From a bacterium ADurb.Bin157 (GTDB lineage Bacteria > Muiribacteriota > Ozemobacteria > Ozemobacterales > Ozemobacteraceae), in contig MWDD01000013.1 in assembly GCA_002070375.1 (NCBI GenBank), forward strand, positions 369-64,368: a stretch of DNA of 64,000 nt, read 5' to 3'. The notes under the pieces are model-generated. The model was given only the letters and a program-made list of their open reading frames with translations. It ran no database searches and was not told the origin of the DNA. Shown piece by piece: positions 9,712 through 17,432 of the stretch (within the stretch, counting starts at the first letter, position 1; every line of letters starts with the position of its first letter). A program made the translations under genes and the position numbers.

Positions 9712-10160
9712 TGCAGCAAATTTCAAACCCTTCCCGGGGATTCTCACTAACAGAAATCATGGTTGCCTGTTTAGCCCTTGGGATAATGCTTATCCCTGTT
9801 TTCATGATGTTTAGTCAAGGCTCAGCAGGAACAACGAAAAATCGAAATGATATACTTGCTCAGCAGCACGCAAGCAATCTTTTAGCGTATGCCACGTCTA
9901 TGAATTATGATGACACTTTTTTAAAAACCGGCTCGCAAGAAGTTAACGAGAAGAAGGTAAACAGCTCAGACGGAACAGAAATTGACTTAAGTATTTCAGA
10001 AGATATTTTCAAAAGATCAATGGAAATAAAAGAATATACTTTTCCCGGTTTTACTTACGCCTATAAACTTATAACTGTGTCGGTTAAATGGTCGCAAACA
10101 GGAGATAAAAAGACTGAAAACAATAGGGAAATTAAAATATCGGGACTCTTAAATAAGTGA
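9711..10160 (+). CDS. Prepilin-type (type IV pilin/pseudopilin-like) protein
   Basis: MQQISNPSRG|FSLTEIMVACL: a leader ending in Gly, then Phe, with Glu at +5. This is the N-methylation/cleavage motif. The start shares TAATG with the upstream stop. Confidence 0.7.
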   Translation: MQQISNPSRGFSLTEIMVACLALGIMLIPVFMMFSQGSAGTTKNRNDILAQQHASNLLAYATSMNYDDTFLKTGSQEVNEKKVNSSDGTEIDLSISEDIFKRSMEIKEYTFPGFTYAYKLITVSVKWSQTGDKKTENNREIKISGLLNK

Positions 10161-10168
10161 CAAAAAAA

Positions 10169-10696
10169 ATGAAAAAAGGTCTTACTTTAATAGAAATTTG
10201 CATAGGTGTTGTCATTGTTTCATTGCTGATGGTAACAATAATGAAACTTCTTGGAACAGGCATGAGCGGTTCTCAAAAAGGCTTGTCTCATCTCGCAAAC
10301 ATGGAAGCGGCTAGCATACTTATGTCACAAATCGAATATGATCTTATGCGAGCCTATGAACTCACAGATCCTCCGGTAGGTGAAAAATCTATATCTGCAC
10401 GTTGGAAAATGCTTACAGACGAAACTATTCCCGACACAACCGCTACGGTCACATATCAAAATCTCGACGAAGCCGTTAAACGCACACTCATTGAAGATGG
10501 TTCAACATTAGAACACACATATTGCAGAGGTCTTAAAACTGTTATAAGCTTTGAAAAAGTAAGATTCACTGATCCAAAAACCGGTGGTGAAAAACAGGGT
10601 CTATGGATAAATCTTTCGGTTGCATCGCCTAAGAAAATTTCGGGTGAAACTGAAAAGTTTGAACTAAAACGACTTATTATGTGTAAAAATTTCTGA
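10169..10696 (+). CDS. Prepilin-type (pseudopilin-like) protein
   Basis: MKKG|LTLIEICIGVVIV is a classical short leader with Glu at +5. The ORF track starts at the GTG at 10157. The ATG at 10169 gives the canonical leader. Confidence 0.7.
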   Translation: MKKGLTLIEICIGVVIVSLLMVTIMKLLGTGMSGSQKGLSHLANMEAASILMSQIEYDLMRAYELTDPPVGEKSISARWKMLTDETIPDTTATVTYQNLDEAVKRTLIEDGSTLEHTYCRGLKTVISFEKVRFTDPKTGGEKQGLWINLSVASPKKISGETEKFELKRLIMCKNF

Positions 10697-10711
10697 TGAA
10701 ATTATATTAAA

Positions 10712-12640
10712 ATGTTTTTGTTTAAAAATCTTTCGCTGAAATTAAAAACCCTAAGAGTACTAATCCCCAAGAGAGACCTAATAATTCTTTTTATTATGTG
10801 GTTCTTACTTGGTTATTTTTTTATCTTTTATCCTATTTTAACAAAAAATATTGATTATGAAATTATAGATAAAAAAATCAAGGTTAAGTCTCAATTCTTA
10901 AAAGACAACTTCAAAACAGATATACTCTTAGTGTCTATTGACAGCGAAACACTTTCAGAAACAGAGCATAAATGGCCATGGCCACAAGAGCATTGGGCTA
11001 AGATCATTAATGACATTAAAGAGAAAGGTAAGCCAAAAGCAATAATATTAGACATCTATTTTCAGGAAAGCAAGACAGAAAAGCCCCCCGAAAGCTTTAT
11101 TAAAGCTGTCAAAGCCCAAAGCAACACAGGCCTTGTCGCAATTTATGAAGAAAATGAAACCACCTTTGGAAAACAGATACTTATATCGCCACCGATAAAA
11201 GAAATTGATGAAGCTGCCGCATTTACGGGAATTTCTCAACAACCTATTGATGATGACGGCAAAATTCGAACAATGATATTGCATGATAAAAGAATCAATT
11301 ATAAGCATATAGCTATAGAGCTTTTAAATAATTGTAAAATTGATATTCCTAATTTATCTGTTTTTTCTGATATTCAAACTCCGGTAGCTTTGCTCGACTT
11401 TCCTGTTTCTTACAGAGGCTTAAATCAAATTAGCATAAATGATTTAAAAAACGACGATCGCAATTACGAGTTTTTAAAAGACAGGATTGTCATAATCGGT
11501 GCCACCGCAAGCATCTTACATGATTATCATCAGACTTCTATAGGTTTGATAAGCGGCCCCGAAATAATATGTAATACTGTTGAAACACTGGGCAGTTCGT
11601 TTCTTCAACTTCTGGACGATAGTATTTCAAACAGAATAATACATTACTTAGCCGGAGTTCTGATTGTAATGTTATTCTATTCAGATCTATTTAAACAAAG
11701 CTCCAAACAAGTATTAATTATATGGCTGATGCTGCCGGTTTTTTTATTTTTTTATTCATACTTTCCCAAAGCGCATCCCCCGATTGAATTAACATGGCTC
11801 GGGTATACAGCTACAGCCGCATTATTTGTGCTAATGATTCGAATTATTGAATTGGCCGACATAAGAGAACAATTGACAGAAGCAAGTATTTGCAGCGATT
11901 TCCAAAAAGGTCTTTTTCCTGAAAAAGGCTTAACAGACGAAAGCGGCATTTCGTGCTACGGCACCTGCATACCATATCAAAACGCAGGAGGAGACTATTA
12001 CGACTTCTTTAAGCTCAAAAACGGCAATATCTTTTATATTTTATGCGATGTAAGCGGCCATGGGATTTCCGCAAGTATGATTACGACTGTTGTGAAAAGC
12101 TTAGTAGTCATAGAAACTACGAATGATAATTTTAATATAGACAGTCTTTTCAATAAAATAAACTATGCCGTTTTAAATTTAACAAAACGAAAAAAAATGG
12201 TAACGATTGTTGGGGGAATCATCAACACAAAAAATTATGAAGTTTCAATTTCTTCTGCCGGTCATATTCCGGCAATTTTAAAACACGGCAATGGTTTTGA
12301 AGAAATAGCTCTACCCGCATATCCTCTCGGAGTTTACTCCACCGAAAGATTAAAAAAGGCTCAAACAGTTATAAAATTAGAAAATTTTAATAAACTTTTT
12401 TTCTATTCAGACGGTATAATAGAGGCAAGAGATTGGAACAACCAAGAACTGGGCTTTGATTCATTCTATAATGAAATAAACAATCTTCCCGAGATCGCAA
12501 ACAGTGAAGAATGTATCAAAATATTACTGAATAAGTTAAAGGAACATACAAAAGGCCGCGATTTTGTTGACGATGTATCATTATTGGTAGTAAGCTGTAG
12601 ACGTAAAGACGCTAAAAAGGAGACAAAAGAGAGTGATTAA
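10712..12640 (+). CDS. CHASE2 sensor domain / PP2C (SpoIIE-type) Ser/Thr phosphatase membrane protein
   Basis: TM1, then an extracytoplasmic domain with the WPWP motif and the RIVIIGATASILHDYHQTSIGLISGPEIICNTVETL stretch of CHASE2, then three TMs, then PP2C motifs (GGDYYDFF, LCDVSGHGISASM, YSDGIIEAR). Confidence 0.7.
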   Translation: MFLFKNLSLKLKTLRVLIPKRDLIILFIMWFLLGYFFIFYPILTKNIDYEIIDKKIKVKSQFLKDNFKTDILLVSIDSETLSETEHKWPWPQEHWAKIINDIKEKGKPKAIILDIYFQESKTEKPPESFIKAVKAQSNTGLVAIYEENETTFGKQILISPPIKEIDEAAAFTGISQQPIDDDGKIRTMILHDKRINYKHIAIELLNNCKIDIPNLSVFSDIQTPVALLDFPVSYRGLNQISINDLKNDDRNYEFLKDRIVIIGATASILHDYHQTSIGLISGPEIICNTVETLGSSFLQLLDDSISNRIIHYLAGVLIVMLFYSDLFKQSSKQVLIIWLMLPVFLFFYSYFPKAHPPIELTWLGYTATAALFVLMIRIIELADIREQLTEASICSDFQKGLFPEKGLTDESGISCYGTCIPYQNAGGDYYDFFKLKNGNIFYILCDVSGHGISASMITTVVKSLVVIETTNDNFNIDSLFNKINYAVLNLTKRKKMVTIVGGIINTKNYEVSISSAGHIPAILKHGNGFEEIALPAYPLGVYSTERLKKAQTVIKLENFNKLFFYSDGIIEARDWNNQELGFDSFYNEINNLPEIANSEECIKILLNKLKEHTKGRDFVDDVSLLVVSCRRKDAKKETKESD

Positions 12641-14135
12641 ACAAAAACTGCTGTGGGTTATAATTGTTATCGGGTTCGGTTTACCATTTTTAATCGGTTG
12701 CGGAAATATCGAACCAATAGCCGAATTATCTGATGTACAGGGTACCGTCTCAGTAAAATCTAAGACTGCTCAAAACTTTTCGACCGGGATTGCAGGTAAC
12801 AAAATTTCTGCCGGCGACGTTGTAAAAACCGAAAGAGACTCGGAAGCCACAATTAAATTTTTAACCGATGAAACAGAGATTACTTTAAAAAGTAACACTT
12901 ACCTCGAAATTGATAAGGTTGCGGAATTTGAAATCAAACAAAAAAGCGGAATCGCCACATATAAAATCAGCCCTCAACAAAAGAATATAAAAATCACCAC
13001 CCCACAGGGTATGGCAACTGTTTTAGGAACAGTATTAACAATTGATGCCAAAGAAAATGAAACAACAGTTTCTGTTGAAAAGGGTAATGTTGATTTTACA
13101 AAAAAAGACGGTTCTAAAATCAATATTACCGAAGGAAGAATGTATTCTACAGGCTTTAAAGAAAACAAAGCCCGCAAAATACTCAAAACTCCGGTTTTAA
13201 AGCTTGGAACCGATGAAGTAGCGCTCTTCTACGGAGAAGGCAAAAACAAAGTAAGTTATATAAACGAAAACAAATACCCGGGGATTGAAGAACCGATTCC
13301 TTTCGGCCCTCTGTCTTTCAGAATAATCGACAATACTTTTTGGGTCGCCGACAGCGTAGCCGGAAAACTAATTCAACTGACTCGAGAAAATAAGCAGCTC
13401 AGAGAAATATCTGTAATACCATCCAATCAACCCAAACCCACGCCTGCATTTGAAAATGATCCTTGTCTGCAGGTTCTTATTGAAGACTTTGCGCCGGTAA
13501 GAGACGAAAACGGCACCGCCTATTCTTTCTGGGTTGCCGAAAGTATGGAAAACAGACTAATTAATGTAGACTTCACCGGAAAAATTCTTCACACCATAAC
13601 AAACCCCGACTTTAAGCAACTTTACAAGGTTGAAATTGGCAAAGGCGGACATCTTTTTGTAGCCGACAAAGGAGCTCAAAGAATCTTTATCTATGATAAA
13701 GAACTAAAATTTGTAGAAGCTGTAAGTTGGGAATGGTCCGGATTTGCTGTTTCAGGTGACGATGATGTTCTTTACAGAATATTTTTTACCCAAGAGACCG
13801 GTTTGCTCACACTCGTAGCTCAAAACAGAGAAAAGCAAATTTTGAGAGAAACCGAGCTCCTTTTGCCGATTCATTTGAATCCTGAACTTTGTTGGGTTGA
13901 CGAAAGCAAACAAGAATGCTTGATTACCTACACGCCAAAAACCGGATTTGCAGGCAAATTTATGGTGGCACTGGTGGGCTTTGACGGCACAGTAAGAAAA
14001 ACCACCGAAATGACTGCTCCCATAGCAATGAACAGATATATAGAAAGATACAATAACAAAGTATGGATTGCCGATGCTGATTTTAACACTGCTCCGGAAA
14101 CACTCTTTAAAATTAAACCTTTTAAACTGTATTAA
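12633..14135 (+). CDS. Lipoprotein with an N-terminal FecR-like domain and a C-terminal beta-propeller-like domain (paralog of 6197-7201)
   Basis: Lipobox LIGCGN. FecR-like beta-sandwich stretch (ISAGDVVKTERDSEATIKF...TLKSNTYLEI). The C-terminal 300 aa are collinear with 6197-7201. Confidence 0.55.
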   Translation: MIKQKLLWVIIVIGFGLPFLIGCGNIEPIAELSDVQGTVSVKSKTAQNFSTGIAGNKISAGDVVKTERDSEATIKFLTDETEITLKSNTYLEIDKVAEFEIKQKSGIATYKISPQQKNIKITTPQGMATVLGTVLTIDAKENETTVSVEKGNVDFTKKDGSKINITEGRMYSTGFKENKARKILKTPVLKLGTDEVALFYGEGKNKVSYINENKYPGIEEPIPFGPLSFRIIDNTFWVADSVAGKLIQLTRENKQLREISVIPSNQPKPTPAFENDPCLQVLIEDFAPVRDENGTAYSFWVAESMENRLINVDFTGKILHTITNPDFKQLYKVEIGKGGHLFVADKGAQRIFIYDKELKFVEAVSWEWSGFAVSGDDDVLYRIFFTQETGLLTLVAQNREKQILRETELLLPIHLNPELCWVDESKQECLITYTPKTGFAGKFMVALVGFDGTVRKTTEMTAPIAMNRYIERYNNKVWIADADFNTAPETLFKIKPFKLY

Positions 14136-14157
14136 TTACTAAATTTAATGTTAGAAT

Positions 14158-14198
14158 ATGGTTGCCCCAAAATATGGGCAACCATTTTTTTATGCTAA
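14158..14198 (+). terminator. Rho-independent terminator-like hairpin
   Basis: ATGGTTGCCC-caaaatat-GGGCAACCAT followed by TTTTTTT, immediately after the stop at 14135. It lies inside the 5' end of the ORF-track call 14162-16291. Confidence 0.55.
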
Positions 14199-16291
14199 CA
14201 CTAATACCCAAAAAAGGCGTTGCTCTTGCAGTAGCCATATCAATAAGCAGCATTTTGATGTTGCTCGCTGTTGCCATGTTTTCGTTTATCAATAACCAGC
14301 ATTTGGGAATAAATGCTATTGTTAATGGTGAAATTGCACATTTTTTAGCTGAAGCAGGCATAAATAGATGTATTCCGGAAATTAGAAATTCAATAAGCAG
14401 CGCATTGTCGACAAACCCCAACAACAAAAAACTCAGAGAAATACTATTAACACCGGGCAAAGTAAAAGATACCGATATAACAAAATTACTTGGAGGCTCC
14501 TGGAACAAAGAGCTGGAAAAGTTTGCGAAAGAAACTGATGAAACCGCAGCAATTGAAGTCAAGATTTGGCTCAGAGAATTAGAAAATTCCGAAACCGACA
14601 AAAAGGTTTGGGCTGACCCTATTGCACGAAGAGGATTCGTTGTGATCGAATCTGAAGGTCGTTACAAAACAGGAAAAAGAAAAATAGCAATAAAACGCCT
14701 AATCAACATAACAAACATACTTCCCGGATTTATGTCTAAATTTACTATGTTCTTAACTGAGGCAGGCAATAACGGAACAAAAAAATACAATATAATAAAG
14801 AATGATTACAAGGGAATGGTTACAGACGGCCCAAAGCCCCTGATTTTATATAATCATCTTACGCCTGAAACACCTTCGGCCAATTCTGATAATTGGAACT
14901 TTGATGAAGCCCTTAAAAGCGAACAAAATGAAGACATATGGAAAAACAGAGGCTGGATATGGATTGGCGGAGACAAGATAAGGCTTAATCTTTGCTCAGG
15001 CGCCGGAGATTTGGGTGAAATTTTTCATTTTTACGATGTCAGTAAAGTGAATGATTTTTCTCCCATAAGGTTTTCTACTCCTGAAAATCTTTTGCCTTCA
15101 TCATTTAAAAATATAAATAAAATACCCTGGGACAAAACAGCATCAATAATCAGAACCGTATCATATAAATTCGGACACAGTTTTGTATTAGACAGCTTTC
15201 ACGACAGAAGCAACCGTAAAAGTTCCGATGCCATGTATGAAGGCGGAATTCTATCAACAGAAGAATTGCATGAGCATGGCTCAAAATCATCGGTATTGCA
15301 TCTTTATGGCGATGCCCGCAAAGGCTTCCAATCGAGAACCAAGGTTTTTGGTAATGTATATTCGGCATTTATTCGTTTTTCAAATCTTGAAATAGAGCCT
15401 AAAGAACCGGATGTTTCAAACATCTTTAAGTCAGTTTTCCCCCCACCTTTATATCTTTTACGGTCAATAATTGAAAAAGATTACAGCAATTCAATCGATA
15501 TAAAAGAAATAAATCAAAGAATTTGTGGCGGTCCAATGTTAAAAACAGGCATGTTATTTAACAATTATTCAGAATATTCTTCCTTTATGAGCAAGATTAT
15601 TGAACAACCTTATGTTTATTCCTACAACAACATGCAAGAAATTTATACCAATAAACCTAATCGTCATTTTCCGCCATCTAAAACAATTTTATCTCTTGAT
15701 ACAGATTCTAACATCTCGCTTCGACGGGATAACCATACTTTTTTTGAGGGGAAACCCTCAGCTTCAACAGCACTACAAACTATTGAAAGTCGTGTTCACC
15801 TTGAAGTAGGAAATATAAAAGAGTTTTGGGACAAATTTTTAAATGAGGACCAAGAATTAGACCTAAATGCTGTTGTAAGAATCAAGAACAGTGAAAATCT
15901 CGATTTTGCAGTCCCCCCCTCCAACCTTCCTCAGCCTCTTAAAGTCAGAGGCGGCGGCGCAATTTTACTGGATCAGGGAAGCATAGATCTAAGAGGGGTT
16001 CTGTGTAATTCAGCAAATGAAGCTCTTACAATAGCCTCGACCTACGGCACAAACATATATTTTTCCTCAAACCTTCCTAATCATGTCAATATCATAGCGC
16101 CAAACGCAGAATTGTCTTACAGCTCAAAATTTATATTATTTGGCAGTCTTTGTGCAAAAAACATATACGTTGATAACCGTTTTCAGGGTGGGAAAATTTA
16201 TTTTAGACCTGAAACAGCCCCCGACTCAAGCTTTTCAGATTCTTTTTATAAAGTTTACGTGAGCACCAAGGATTCATATTGGAATGAATAG
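14192..16291 (+). CDS. Giant PilX_N-like minor pilin / pilus tip-associated protein, paralog 2 (about 700 aa)
   Basis: The likely start is MLTLIPKKG-VALAVAISISSILMLLAVAM (PilX_N-like), downstream of the hairpin. The ORF track starts at 14162. The C-terminus has beta-helix-like repeats (GGGAILLDQGSIDLRGVL...). Two prepilins follow. Confidence 0.5.
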   Translation: MLTLIPKKGVALAVAISISSILMLLAVAMFSFINNQHLGINAIVNGEIAHFLAEAGINRCIPEIRNSISSALSTNPNNKKLREILLTPGKVKDTDITKLLGGSWNKELEKFAKETDETAAIEVKIWLRELENSETDKKVWADPIARRGFVVIESEGRYKTGKRKIAIKRLINITNILPGFMSKFTMFLTEAGNNGTKKYNIIKNDYKGMVTDGPKPLILYNHLTPETPSANSDNWNFDEALKSEQNEDIWKNRGWIWIGGDKIRLNLCSGAGDLGEIFHFYDVSKVNDFSPIRFSTPENLLPSSFKNINKIPWDKTASIIRTVSYKFGHSFVLDSFHDRSNRKSSDAMYEGGILSTEELHEHGSKSSVLHLYGDARKGFQSRTKVFGNVYSAFIRFSNLEIEPKEPDVSNIFKSVFPPPLYLLRSIIEKDYSNSIDIKEINQRICGGPMLKTGMLFNNYSEYSSFMSKIIEQPYVYSYNNMQEIYTNKPNRHFPPSKTILSLDTDSNISLRRDNHTFFEGKPSASTALQTIESRVHLEVGNIKEFWDKFLNEDQELDLNAVVRIKNSENLDFAVPPSNLPQPLKVRGGGAILLDQGSIDLRGVLCNSANEALTIASTYGTNIYFSSNLPNHVNIIAPNAELSYSSKFILFGSLCAKNIYVDNRFQGGKIYFRPETAPDSSFSDSFYKVYVSTKDSYWNE

Positions 16292-16715
16292 CAAAAGCGG
16301 CATATCATTAATTGAAATAGTAGTTGCTATCGGTTTATTAGCAGCTGTTTTGGCTCCGGTATTTTTAATTTTTTCATCGGGCAACCGAAATATGGAAATG
16401 ACAGAGGCAGAGTTCAGAGCACATAATTGCGCTATAGAAATAATGGAACAAATCATTTCTCTTCCTTACAAACATATAAAATCCGGCACCTATACAAGCT
16501 CTGACGTTAAAAATGGCTTAAATTTCGCGAATTCTGCAATACTCTATAAAATCAGTGAAAACTATGAATCAGAACTCAAGGTAGAAGATATGAAAGAAAA
16601 GGGCAAAAGTATTTTTAAAAAAGTCAGCGTGAAAGTATCATATCAAGCGACCAAAAACTCTGCATCAAAGCGCAGCTTTACAATTAAAACTATGGTTGCA
16701 AATGAAACAAACTAA
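16284..16715 (+). CDS. Prepilin-type (pseudopilin-like) protein
   Basis: MNSKSG|ISLIEIVVAIGLL: leader ending in Gly, Glu at +5. Confidence 0.7.
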   Translation: MNSKSGISLIEIVVAIGLLAAVLAPVFLIFSSGNRNMEMTEAEFRAHNCAIEIMEQIISLPYKHIKSGTYTSSDVKNGLNFANSAILYKISENYESELKVEDMKEKGKSIFKKVSVKVSYQATKNSASKRSFTIKTMVANETN

Positions 16716-17238
16716 AAAAGCCTTCACATTGGTTGAAATTATAGTTGTGTCAGCAATATCCGCAGTTTTTATAACTACGGTTGTAATGCTGTTGATTAAT
16801 TTCAGAAAAGGTTATTCTAAAAGTGAATACAGCGGAATTCTTATGCAAGAAACAGCTCTTTTAATTGCTCACCTCAGAACTGATCTTAACAATGCGGTTG
16901 ACAAACAGATTTACACTTCAGAGAATCAGCTTATGTTTAACGCCTACAATAACAGCAAAGGAATAACAGAACCAATTGTTTACACCCTCGAAAAAGCCCC
17001 CCAAGGCCGTATATTAACAAGAAAAGAGGGTAACGGAAAAGCGCGCACAATTGTAAAAAGCAATGTTGCCTCATTGACATGGCAAACAAGTTTAGATGTA
17101 TATGAAACGAAGCCTGTTCCCGTAAAGAGATTAAGCATTGATTTAGATATTCTATTAGAAGCACCGAACATGCCTGAGAAAAGCTTTCGCCTTAGAAGTG
17201 CCATATTTCCGAATAGAGTGAATAAGCAAATCAATTAA
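16696..17238 (+). CDS. Prepilin-type (pseudopilin-like) protein
   Basis: MQMKQTKKA|FTLVEIIVVSAI: Ala rather than Gly at -1, Glu at +5. Confidence 0.65.
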   Translation: MQMKQTKKAFTLVEIIVVSAISAVFITTVVMLLINFRKGYSKSEYSGILMQETALLIAHLRTDLNNAVDKQIYTSENQLMFNAYNNSKGITEPIVYTLEKAPQGRILTRKEGNGKARTIVKSNVASLTWQTSLDVYETKPVPVKRLSIDLDILLEAPNMPEKSFRLRSAIFPNRVNKQIN

Positions 17239-17432
17239 TAATGAGGCGGCTTTTCGCAATGAGGTCTGTCCTCTTCAAGAGGGGAAAGAGGTATTTTCCC
17301 TTCTAAATGTGACAAATGCTTTTTCAAGCGATCTATTATTTGCTGTTGTTCAATAACTACATTATTTAAGTCTTCAATATATCTTTCGAGGTAAATAATT
17401 CTTTTTTCAATTTCAAATAATCTGTTTTCCAT
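17235..17432 (-). CDS. slyX: SlyX family protein
   Basis: MENRLFEIEKRIIYLERYIEDLN... is a coiled coil ending PPHY, as in SlyX. The ORF track extends to 17453 (MRQKRKK-). The start is uncertain. Confidence 0.55.
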   Translation of the reverse strand: MENRLFEIEKRIIYLERYIEDLNNVVIEQQQIIDRLKKHLSHLEGKIPLSPLEEDRPHCEKPPHY

